Source: Bacteriovoracia bacterium (GTDB taxonomy: Bacteria > Bdellovibrionota > UBA1018 > CAIPTA01). Taken from it: a DNA stretch of 64,000 nt. The translations under genes were made by a program, and so were the position numbers. The stretch covers positions 96,001 to 160,000 of the forward strand of contig JBFWVL010000002.1 of the NCBI GenBank assembly GCA_050246755.1. The letters are read 5' to 3'. The notes below the pieces were generated by a model. It was not told the origin of the DNA and made no database searches. It saw only the letters and a list, made by a program, of their open reading frames with translations. Shown here in pieces: positions 56,347-64,000 of this stretch; within the stretch, counting starts at the first letter, position 1; each line of letters begins with the position of its first letter.

Positions 56347-57661
56347 GACGGAAAATCCTTTCATGGAAATTTTAGGCTCTGCCGCTAATGAATTGCCAGC
56401 CCTGATCGGTACCTGGGGCACAACATCCTATGGTGAGCTCCGATCGCTAGTAGAGCACAAGAAAAGCCTGTCACGCAACCGCAGCGACACGCCGCTTCTC
56501 GCTTCCCATCCCACTCCTGAATTCATTGCCTCCCTTTTAGCGTACTTGAGCGAAGGAATTCCGGTGGCGCTGGTTGCCCCCGAGCTTTCGGAAGGAGAGC
56601 TCGCGCAGAGGAGAAAAATTCTCCAGACCAAACCGCATCCCGATTGCGCCCTGATCGTATTTACCTCCGGCAGCACCGGGAATCCCAAAGCCGTGCAGCT
56701 TTCCGCCGCCAACTTAGAGGCCAATACCGAAGCCGTGATCGACTCCCTCGAATTCGCGCGCGCTCCCGAGCAAAAACTTTTTCTCTCTCTTTCTTACTCC
56801 TATGGGTTATTTGGGCAATTGTTGCCCGCGCTTCGCTTGGGAATTCCCACTACGATCCTGACCCGTTTCGCCGATGCCCGAGGTGAATTCGTGGAGGGCC
56901 GTGGCGCGGGCATGTGGAGCGGGGTACCTTCGCACTGGGAAGCCTTGCTGCGGGTGACCACTCCCGAACAATGCGAAGGAGTTACCCACGTGATCTCGGC
57001 CGGCGCCGCTTTGCCGCTGAGCTTGCGCGAGCGGCTCAAAGCGCATTTCCGCAACGCCACGATTTACAATAATTATGGCCTCACCGAAGCTTCGCCCCGC
57101 GTGCTGAGTTTTTCCTCCAAACACCCGCGCTTCTTCGAGGAAGATACCGTGGGATTGCCGGTGAAATTTTTGAAGGTAAAAGAGGGAGAGGGCGGAGAGC
57201 TCGAGGTGAAGGGCTGGCAGGTGATGCTCGGCTACCTCGGCGACGAAAAAGAAACCGCCGAAAAATTACGGAGCGGCTGGCTGCGCTCCGGCGACGTGGT
57301 GCATATCGACGCCGACGGCCTCGTGCATATCGTGGGCCGGCTCGATGATTTATTTAATATCGGCGGCGAGCGCGCGAGCCCGCTCGAGATCGATGCCGCG
57401 CTCCTGCATATTCCCGGAGTGAAAGAGGGCGCCGTGCTGGTGGAGAAGCATCCGATCTACGGCAGCCAGCTCATTGCTTTTCTCGTTGGTGAAAATATTC
57501 CTCCTAAGAAAGAAATTTTGGAAAAATTACGGCAGCATCTTTCTGGGCACAAAGTTCCGCTCGAGTACCGAATAGTAGAAGCCTTGCCGCGCACGCCGAA
57601 TGGGAAATTGCGGCGTAAGGGCTTGGTGGAGATGAAGGAACAAAGCAGAAAGATAGGGTAG
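56345..57661 (+). CDS. AMP-binding (ANL superfamily) acyl-CoA/acyl-ACP ligase; alternative start 56363
   Basis: FTSGSTGNPK, YGLTE, SGD, GR.DD, PRTPNGK. Confidence 0.9.
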   Translation: MTENPFMEILGSAANELPALIGTWGTTSYGELRSLVEHKKSLSRNRSDTPLLASHPTPEFIASLLAYLSEGIPVALVAPELSEGELAQRRKILQTKPHPDCALIVFTSGSTGNPKAVQLSAANLEANTEAVIDSLEFARAPEQKLFLSLSYSYGLFGQLLPALRLGIPTTILTRFADARGEFVEGRGAGMWSGVPSHWEALLRVTTPEQCEGVTHVISAGAALPLSLRERLKAHFRNATIYNNYGLTEASPRVLSFSSKHPRFFEEDTVGLPVKFLKVKEGEGGELEVKGWQVMLGYLGDEKETAEKLRSGWLRSGDVVHIDADGLVHIVGRLDDLFNIGGERASPLEIDAALLHIPGVKEGAVLVEKHPIYGSQLIAFLVGENIPPKKEILEKLRQHLSGHKVPLEYRIVEALPRTPNGKLRRKGLVEMKEQSRKIG

Positions 57662-57742
57662 AGGCTACTTAGGCCAGCACCTGCGTCATCTCTAGGGCGC
57701 CACGTCTAGGCAAGCCCGCCTTTCCATGGAATAATCCGTGGC

Positions 57743-57988
57743 ATGCAGCAGCAAGATTTTCAAAATAGAATTCGTAAATCCCTCCTCGGCCTGGGGCTTT
57801 CTTCGCTTCCGGATTCTTCCGAGGAGGCGCTCGCCGATCATGGCCTCGATAGCCTGATGATGGTGTTGGCGGTAGCTCAGTTCGAAAAAGAATTTTCCGT
57901 AAAAATTCCGGGTGATTTGGTGGAAGAAGAAAATTTCTCCACGATCTCCAAGTTGGAGACCATGCTCCGCCAGGCGGGGGCGAAATGA
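57743..57988 (+). CDS. Acyl carrier protein
   Basis: GLDSL phosphopantetheine site, EKEF.V.IP, ENF.TI. Confidence 0.88.
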   Translation: MQQQDFQNRIRKSLLGLGLSSLPDSSEEALADHGLDSLMMVLAVAQFEKEFSVKIPGDLVEEENFSTISKLETMLRQAGAK

Positions 57989-58731
57989 AGCTCCTGATCA
58001 CCGGAGGATCTTCGGAGATTGCGATGGCGCTCGCGAGCCGCCGCGTGCAGGCGGGCGACGAGGTATGGATCACCGCCTCTTCCGCCGATTCTTTGAAAGA
58101 GACTCTCGCCGAGTACGAAAAAGAAAATACCAAAGTGCGGGGCATGGTTTTTAACCTCGGCAGCCCTGCGCAATCCGAAAGCGAAGCTGCTTTCGCGGAA
58201 TTCGACTCCGTGGTGCTCAATGCCGCCACCCGCACGATTAAGCTCCGTAAATTCACGGAGTGGGACGAAGCCGCCGGCGCCGAGTACTTGCGTACCAATA
58301 TCGACGGCAATCTCTGGCTGCTCCAGCGCTGCATTCCTGGAATGGTGAAAAGAAAATTTGGGCGCGTGGTTTTCATCTCGAGCCTTTCGGCGGCCCAGGG
58401 CACGAGCCGCTTCGCGTTTTATTGCGCCGCCAAGAGCGCGCTCGAAGGTTTGTTTTTAAACCTCGCCGTGGACTACGGGGAAGAGAATGTATTCTTCAAT
58501 ATCGTGAGGCCGGGCGTGATCGCTACCGAGCGCACGAAGCGTTTCTGGAAGCGTTCGCATTACCTCGAAAAAGTGCAGGAGATCATTCCGGCGGTGGCGC
58601 TCGGCGCACCTTCTCAGGTGGCCGAAGCCATGGATCCGCTGTTTTCTTCTACCTCCTACATGAACGGCTCTACCATCACCGTGAGCGGAGGATTGCCGCT
58701 GCTGAGGAGCGCGGGAGTGCTCGGCGTATGA
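57985..58731 (+). CDS. SDR oxidoreductase (FabG-like ketoreductase)
   Basis: ITGGSSEIA, VLNAA, FISS, YCAAK, PG.I.T. Confidence 0.88.
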   Translation: MKLLITGGSSEIAMALASRRVQAGDEVWITASSADSLKETLAEYEKENTKVRGMVFNLGSPAQSESEAAFAEFDSVVLNAATRTIKLRKFTEWDEAAGAEYLRTNIDGNLWLLQRCIPGMVKRKFGRVVFISSLSAAQGTSRFAFYCAAKSALEGLFLNLAVDYGEENVFFNIVRPGVIATERTKRFWKRSHYLEKVQEIIPAVALGAPSQVAEAMDPLFSSTSYMNGSTITVSGGLPLLRSAGVLGV

Positions 58732-59732
58732 GCTTTCATCGGCCCAAAGAAGAGATTTTCCTCCACGGCCCGGTTTCGTTTTTACCAAAACATAAAGTAA
58801 CGAACGATGATCTGATCGCCTGGATGGGCCGCGATATCCGCGGATCCTGGATCGAGCACCGCACGGGCATCCAGAGCCGGCACTGGGCGAGCGAAGAAGA
58901 AGCTTGTTCCGATTTGGCGGTGGCCGCCGCCGAGAAATTATTCGCGGAATTTCCCGAGCGCAGAGAAAAAGCCCGGCAGATCATCTTGGCCACCATTTCC
59001 GGCGATTATCCTACCCCTCCCACCGCGCCGCTGCTGCAGCACCGCTTGGGATTAAAAGATGTAGGCGCCATGGACCTCACGGCCGCCTGCGCGGGATTCG
59101 TGACGGGCGTGCACGCTTCGGCGCAGTTTTGCGCCAGTACCGGGGAAGATCAGTTATTGATCGCTTCCGAGATTCGCTCGAAGTTTTTGGCGAAAGACGA
59201 TCTTGCCGCTACCGCTCTTTTCGGCGATGGTTCGGCCGCTTGCTTTCTGAGCAAAGAGCCGGGAAGCTTCCGCGTGATTGCGACTCAAACATTTTCCGAC
59301 GGATCCGTGGCCGATATTATCGCGATCCAGGCCGGTGGTTCGCGCTTGCCCTACGAGAAAGCCGTAAACGCCGACGACAAGCACCTGAAGATGAAGAAGG
59401 GGGCAACCCTCTTCGTGAAGGCCGCGGAGGGCATGGCCGACGCCGGGCTGCGCTTTTTGCAGCGAATGAATTTGTCCGTGAAAGATATTGATTGGGTAGT
59501 GCCACACCAGGCGAACCTCCACCTCGTGCGCGACGTCACGCGCCGGCTCGAGGTGGCTCAGGAAAAAGTGGTAGAAACGGTGCAGTTTACCGGGAATACT
59601 TCGGGGGCAAGTGTCGGTATTGCGCTCGCGCACCTTCGCGCCAGCGGGGGCGTAGCAAGGGGCCATCGTATCCTACTGTTGGCCGCAGGCGGTGGAGGAC
59701 TGGCTGCATGCGCTCTGCTGGAAGCTCGCTGA
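58728..59732 (+). CDS. FabH/KAS III-like ketosynthase (copy 2)
   Basis: WI..RTGI..R, AACAGF, LFGDG, PHQAN, GNTSGAS, AGGG; ATGA overlap with the SDR. Confidence 0.9.
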   Translation: MSFHRPKEEIFLHGPVSFLPKHKVTNDDLIAWMGRDIRGSWIEHRTGIQSRHWASEEEACSDLAVAAAEKLFAEFPERREKARQIILATISGDYPTPPTAPLLQHRLGLKDVGAMDLTAACAGFVTGVHASAQFCASTGEDQLLIASEIRSKFLAKDDLAATALFGDGSAACFLSKEPGSFRVIATQTFSDGSVADIIAIQAGGSRLPYEKAVNADDKHLKMKKGATLFVKAAEGMADAGLRFLQRMNLSVKDIDWVVPHQANLHLVRDVTRRLEVAQEKVVETVQFTGNTSGASVGIALAHLRASGGVARGHRILLLAAGGGGLAACALLEAR

Positions 59733-61191
59733 GCTCGTCGTGCAGGCGGCGCATGGTGGCGCGCTGTTCGGCTTCCACGTCGGCCAAAGCCAAGAAGTAT
59801 TCTACTTCCTGGTAAATATCTTCCGGATCCACGAATGCATCGATCACGCCGTTGGCAATTAAGTCCGCGAGGTCGTCGCGCTCCGTTTTGCGCATTTCTC
59901 GGCGCGTTTCCAGGAGGCGCGGGGAGTTTTCCAGAACCTGCTCGAGAATGGATTCGCTCATTACACCCATTTGGCAGCCTTGCACGGCGATGCAGCGCTG
60001 GGAGCGGAAATTTTTCGGAAATCCCAGCGTGGTGGCGCCGCCAAAAGCACGGCCTAGTACCACGCCCATGTGGCCATGGGGATACTCGATGATTCTCTTC
60101 GCCACGCGCACGATCAGGCGCACGATATCGTCGTCTTGCTGCTCGAAACGGGGATCGATTCCGGGGGTATCCAGGAAGCTCACGATCGGGATACCCATCG
60201 ATTTGAAGAGGCTCAATCCGGCATCGTAGCGGTTCAAGGTATCTACGGTGATTAAATTGTTGGGGTGTCCGGGAGGATTCACGAACACGCCCACGGTGCG
60301 GCGGCCACGGCGCACGAGGAAGGTGCGCACTACGGGATTCATCTGCTCGTAGACTTCGAGGGCAGAGTCTCCCACTTGCTGAAGGAGCTTAAATAGTTTG
60401 GAATCGCATTCGTTCAGCTCGCTGGCGGAAATATACTCGCCGATCGGAATGGAGCCGGGAAAGCGAAGAACGGGCGAGGAGGTGGCGCTCTCATTGCTCA
60501 GCACGTGGTGGAGCAGGGCGTGGGCTTTGGAGAAGGCCGCCTCGGAATTGTCCTGCAGCTCGTGCACGAGCTCGTTTTTTTCCATCTGGTGCTCGCCCGA
60601 GGCGAGCGCGTCGAAGGAAAGTTTGCCGCCGAAGAATAGGCGGATCACTTCCGGGCCCGTTAAATTGAAAGCCGCTTTTTCGCGTACCGCGATCCGGTAG
60701 TGGCCCATTTGGAAAAGGATGGCGCCGAGGCCGAGGCATTTCCCGAGGGCAATGGTGATCAGGGGAAGGTGCTTGGCGCGGAAATCGAAAAGAGAAGGAA
60801 TGGTGGAAAACGCATCCATGAACACATTGCGTCCTTCCATGATTCCAACGCCGATCGTATTGAACGCCATCACGAGGGGGATATCGTTCTGCGCACAGAA
60901 ACCGATAAAGGCATTGGCCTTCTGGGAGTTGGCGATATGAAAGCTGCCCCCGCTTACGCGAAAATCATTATAGAGGACTCCAACTTTTTTCCCGCCGATT
61001 TGCCCGATGGCAGTCACTAAGCCTTGGCAGGTGATGCGGCTAAATTTCTCCTCTTTTAAGGAGAAAGACTCTAGCTCCTCCCAGGTGGGAAAAAGGGGGG
61101 CTAACGCGCCGAGAAAAGTGTGTTCTGAGATTTTTACTGTCGTCCAATGACCTCGTACAAGCATGGAAACGATTGTAGGTATTTGCCGCAT
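59587..61191 (-). CDS. Acyl-CoA carboxyltransferase/decarboxylase (fused two-domain CT)
   Basis: NDFRVSGGS, LTGPEVI, PIVSFLDTPG, GRAFGGA, GVIDA.V.P. Confidence 0.82.
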   Translation of the reverse strand: MRQIPTIVSMLVRGHWTTVKISEHTFLGALAPLFPTWEELESFSLKEEKFSRITCQGLVTAIGQIGGKKVGVLYNDFRVSGGSFHIANSQKANAFIGFCAQNDIPLVMAFNTIGVGIMEGRNVFMDAFSTIPSLFDFRAKHLPLITIALGKCLGLGAILFQMGHYRIAVREKAAFNLTGPEVIRLFFGGKLSFDALASGEHQMEKNELVHELQDNSEAAFSKAHALLHHVLSNESATSSPVLRFPGSIPIGEYISASELNECDSKLFKLLQQVGDSALEVYEQMNPVVRTFLVRRGRRTVGVFVNPPGHPNNLITVDTLNRYDAGLSLFKSMGIPIVSFLDTPGIDPRFEQQDDDIVRLIVRVAKRIIEYPHGHMGVVLGRAFGGATTLGFPKNFRSQRCIAVQGCQMGVMSESILEQVLENSPRLLETRREMRKTERDDLADLIANGVIDAFVDPEDIYQEVEYFLALADVEAEQRATMRRLHDELSELPAERMQPVLHRLRPTVGYDGPLLRPRWREGARAQYRHLPPKYSR

Positions 61192-61559
61192 AGGATGTCT
61201 ACCTGGTGATTGTGTTTTAATGCGTCGTATTAACTGGCCGTGTCTATTCTGATTCTAGTAATCGGATAAAAAGCGTTTAAAATTTATTATTGATATCTGT
61301 GAGTTAGCGATGAATTTTTTCAGGTGCAAAATGTTTTACGCGGACACCGCGAGGCCGGGAGATTAATTTCGGTTAATCAAAGATAGGAGAAGTTGGAATT
61401 TAGGGGGCCTAAAACTCGTATTTTCCGGCGTTTTAATCGGAAACTATGCCGCATTTCTTATCATAATGCGGCGCAAAGCAAGTAGGAGCCATGGATTCGT
61501 TAGGATCGTAGACAAAGAACCTTCCTTCCCATAGGCTCGGGGCCTTCCGAGGAGCTTAC

Positions 61560-62666
61560 TTGAAGATTTTCCACACGGCCGATGTCCACCTAGGGCTTAA
61601 ATTCGGCTCCTATCCAGAAGGTTTGAGTAAACGCTTGGCGGAGGCTCGCTTTGAGACCCTTGCCAAGATGGTGGAGATCGCCAACCACCGGCACTGCGAT
61701 CTCTTCGTGGTGGGTGGGGATCTTTTCGATAATTTGCGCGTGCCGCAAAAAGATATTATTCGCGCCGCTAAAATTCTCGGCACTTTTGAAAAGCTCGCGG
61801 TGGTTTTGCCCGGCAACCACGACTTCGTAACGAGCCAAGACGACGATATTTGGAAGGTGTTCCAGAGCGCGGCTCAGGACCGGGTGCTCGTGCTCACGGA
61901 GTGTAAGCCATACTCGCTCACGCAGTTCGACATCGACGCCACCCTCTACGCGGCACCTTGCCAAAATAAGCATTCGCGCACGAACGCGGTGGGCTGGGTG
62001 AAGGAAGCGAAAAAAGAAAATACCAAGTTCCAAATTGGCGTGGCGCACGGAAGTTTCGAAGGCCTCACCCCCGATACCGAGGGCGAGTATTTTCCCATGA
62101 CGAGGGAAGATCTCCTGCCTTGTGGGCTGGATATCTGGCTGATGGGCCATATCCACGTGCAGTTTCCGCAAAAGCCGGGAAGTAGCGACCGTATTTATTA
62201 TCCCGCCACTCCCGAGCCGGACGGATTCGATTGCCGCCACGAGGGAAAGGCCTGGATTCTCGAGATAGGGGATGACAAAGGCGTGACCGCTACCACGATT
62301 TCTACGGGCACCTACCGTTTCCGGCACGAAAGCTTGCGCATTGGTAAATTGGCGGACATCGAACAAATCCGCGAACGGATTCCAGACGCCGGCGCGGCGA
62401 GAACGCTGCTGAAACTCCAGCTCACCGGATCCTTGCCGCGGGCGGATCACGAGCAGGTGGGGCCTGCGCTCGCGCGCCTGAAGGAAAGATTTTTGCATTT
62501 TCAGAGCGACCACGCGGCGCTGACGGTGGAGCTGGCGCCCGCCGACATCGATCGTGAATTCATGAGGAATTCTTTTCCTCACGGGCTGCTTTCCGCTCTG
62601 GCCAAGGCACCCGAGGACCGCGAAGCTTTGCAGGTCGCCTACGAGCTCTTGCGGGAGCTCCAATGA
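61560..62666 (+). CDS. SbcD/Mre11-like DNA repair exonuclease
   Basis: HTADVHLG, GGDLFD, PGNHD, AHG, MGHIH, Y..TPEP; GAGGAG RBS before TTG. Confidence 0.9.
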   Translation: MKIFHTADVHLGLKFGSYPEGLSKRLAEARFETLAKMVEIANHRHCDLFVVGGDLFDNLRVPQKDIIRAAKILGTFEKLAVVLPGNHDFVTSQDDDIWKVFQSAAQDRVLVLTECKPYSLTQFDIDATLYAAPCQNKHSRTNAVGWVKEAKKENTKFQIGVAHGSFEGLTPDTEGEYFPMTREDLLPCGLDIWLMGHIHVQFPQKPGSSDRIYYPATPEPDGFDCRHEGKAWILEIGDDKGVTATTISTGTYRFRHESLRIGKLADIEQIRERIPDAGAARTLLKLQLTGSLPRADHEQVGPALARLKERFLHFQSDHAALTVELAPADIDREFMRNSFPHGLLSALAKAPEDREALQVAYELLRELQ

Positions 62667-64000
62667 TTCTCGAGCAGATATCCCTCGAGCCTTTCGCCGG
62701 CTTCGCAAAAAAAGAAATTTCTTTCACGCCCGGGCTCAACGTGGTGCTCGGCCCTAACGACGTGGGAAAGTCTTCGCTTTTTCGTGCGGTGGATGCCGCG
62801 TTTTTTCTTCCGGCCAAAGTGCGGGCCAATACCGTGGAAGGCAAGGGCCTGAAGCGTCTCATTCCGATCGGCAGCGATCATGCGAAAGTCCGGATAAGGT
62901 TTTCGGTGGGAGGACTGCCGTATGAATTGGAGAAGAATTGGGGGGCTAATTTTGCCTCGCGATTGAAGCTACCCGAAGGGAACGTGCTGATTTCCGGCGA
63001 GGCCTTGGAGGCCAAGCTACTGGAACTGCTGCCCGCGCCACCCGCTACTTTCCAGGCCGTGCTGCTCACTCCCCAAAATAGCCTGGAGCGCACGAAGGAG
63101 GAATTTGAAAAGAACCCCGATTCCCTTCATTCTCTGGGGGACGCGCTCCGGAAAGCGGTGGAGCTGGCGGGCGGGGTATCGCTCGAAAAGATGAAATCCG
63201 AGCTTGGCCTGCGCATTACTCAGGCGCTGGATAACTGGGATGTGAATGCCGGCGCGCCGCGAGGCCTGCGCGGAATCGAAAATCCGTGGCAAAAGAACGT
63301 GGGCACGGTGCTCGAAGCCTACTACCGAAGAGAGCGGCTCCGCAAAGAGCTTGGAGAGGCCCGTGCTCTCGAGTCGGAACTCGGTGATAAGTTGAAAATA
63401 CTGGGAGTGAAGCAGGCGTTGCTGCAGGAAAATAGGGATTTTTTGCAGAAAAATCAGGCGAGCGTGGAGGCAGTGGCCGCACGTAGAAATTTGGAGCTCG
63501 AGCTCGCCCAGGCGGAGAAAGACTTGCGGAACCTTACCGACGATCTCGATGCCTGGAAAACGGCCGAGGCCGATTTAAAATTGCTCGGCAAAGAGGTGGC
63601 GCGCCTCGAAGAGAAAAAAAATGCTTCGGAGGCGGAATGGAAATCCGTGCGTGCCGGGGCCGACCGCAAGAGCTTTCTCGCGCGTTTCGCGAAAATTCAG
63701 GCGGCTCACGAGCGCTTTAAGGAAACCGAAAGGGCGCTGGCGGCCTTGCCGGCCGTGAAGAGCGAAGACCTGAAGAAAATTACCCAGGTGGCCGCCGCCG
63801 TGGCGCAGTCGAAGGCGGCGATCAGCGGAGGGAAGATCAAGCTCCAATTCTTGGCTAAGCAAAAGATGGAGCTTAGCGTGCAGAAGAATGCCGATCCCGC
63901 GCGCAGTGGCACGCTCGAAAGCGGAGGCACGATGCTAATCCAGGGCGGAGGAAAAGTGCAGATCTCCAGCGAGGCCTTTGAGATCGTGGTCACTTCGGGC
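62663..64000 (+). CDS. SbcC/Rad50 (YhaN-like) coiled-coil ATPase, 3' end outside window
   Basis: ATGA overlap with the nuclease; MILEQISLEPFAGF..F.PGLNVVLGPNDVGKS Walker A followed by coiled coil; absent from the ORF track because no stop falls in the window. Confidence 0.85.
   Translation, partial: MILEQISLEPFAGFAKKEISFTPGLNVVLGPNDVGKSSLFRAVDAAFFLPAKVRANTVEGKGLKRLIPIGSDHAKVRIRFSVGGLPYELEKNWGANFASRLKLPEGNVLISGEALEAKLLELLPAPPATFQAVLLTPQNSLERTKEEFEKNPDSLHSLGDALRKAVELAGGVSLEKMKSELGLRITQALDNWDVNAGAPRGLRGIENPWQKNVGTVLEAYYRRERLRKELGEARALESELGDKLKILGVKQALLQENRDFLQKNQASVEAVAARRNLELELAQAEKDLRNLTDDLDAWKTAEADLKLLGKEVARLEEKKNASEAEWKSVRAGADRKSFLARFAKIQAAHERFKETERALAALPAVKSEDLKKITQVAAAVAQSKAAISGGKIKLQFLAKQKMELSVQKNADPARSGTLESGGTMLIQGGGKVQISSEAFEIVVTSG

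Noticed and set aside
559-59732. Long N-terminal extensions in the ORF track (559..1350, 8142.., 17100..17771, 34186..34734, 37363.., 52505.., 58260..)
   Set aside because: The extensions overlap neighbouring real genes; internal starts with an RBS, signal peptide or stop-start coupling fit better
55303-59732. OleABCD olefin pathway or housekeeping fab operon
   Set aside because: No OleB hydrolase or OleD-type extended SDR in the cluster, and an ACP and second KAS III are present; no fabD, fabF or plsX as in a core FAS operon
3400-62708. Long antisense or alternate-frame ORFs (e.g. 3557..4636, 14277..15185, 28384..29541, 40651..41664, 42291..43388, 61590..62708)
   Set aside because: They shadow well-supported genes, carry no recognisable motifs, and are expected from GC-rich codon bias
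1-64000. tRNA, rRNA, prophage or IS elements
   Set aside because: No cloverleaf with T-loop/CCA, rRNA-like tract, phage structural gene, integrase or transposase was recognised

Overview
A densely coding, moderately GC-rich bacterial window of about 60 CDSs. I found no rRNA, tRNA, CRISPR array, integrase or transposase. The gene content (topoisomerase VI A/B, many orphan signal-peptide proteins, lysozyme-like secreted proteins) suggests a Bdellovibrionota/Oligoflexia-like organism; this is an inference. Housekeeping and stress genes include ppk2 (partial), an RNase Z-like gene, an IorAB-type molybdoenzyme with XdhC, MocA and a diheme cytochrome, PLD, ABC-F, arfB, photolyase, lon, top6B/top6A, msrB, USP and an SbcD/SbcC-like pair. 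The strongest candidate for an undescribed system is a ~15 kb lipid or acyl-amide biosynthesis-and-export locus (46163-61191). It encodes a GH3 amido-synthetase, a membrane LbH acyltransferase resembling the epsilon-poly-L-lysine synthetase terminal module, two FabH-like ketosynthases, an acyl-adenylating enzyme, an ACP, an SDR, a stand-alone carboxyltransferase, an MFS transporter, LolA/LolE/LolD-like exporter components and a beta-barrel. Other leads are a nucleotidyltransferase-BON fusion coupled to a metallophosphoesterase, two paralogous secreted DCAD/GH/STPxRD proteins, a CX10C-repeat lipoprotein, a probably inactive subtilase, a 145-nt rod-like intergenic structure, an unannotated 29-aa membrane peptide and several sigma54-like promoters. 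All calls come from reading motifs by eye; no database searches were run.
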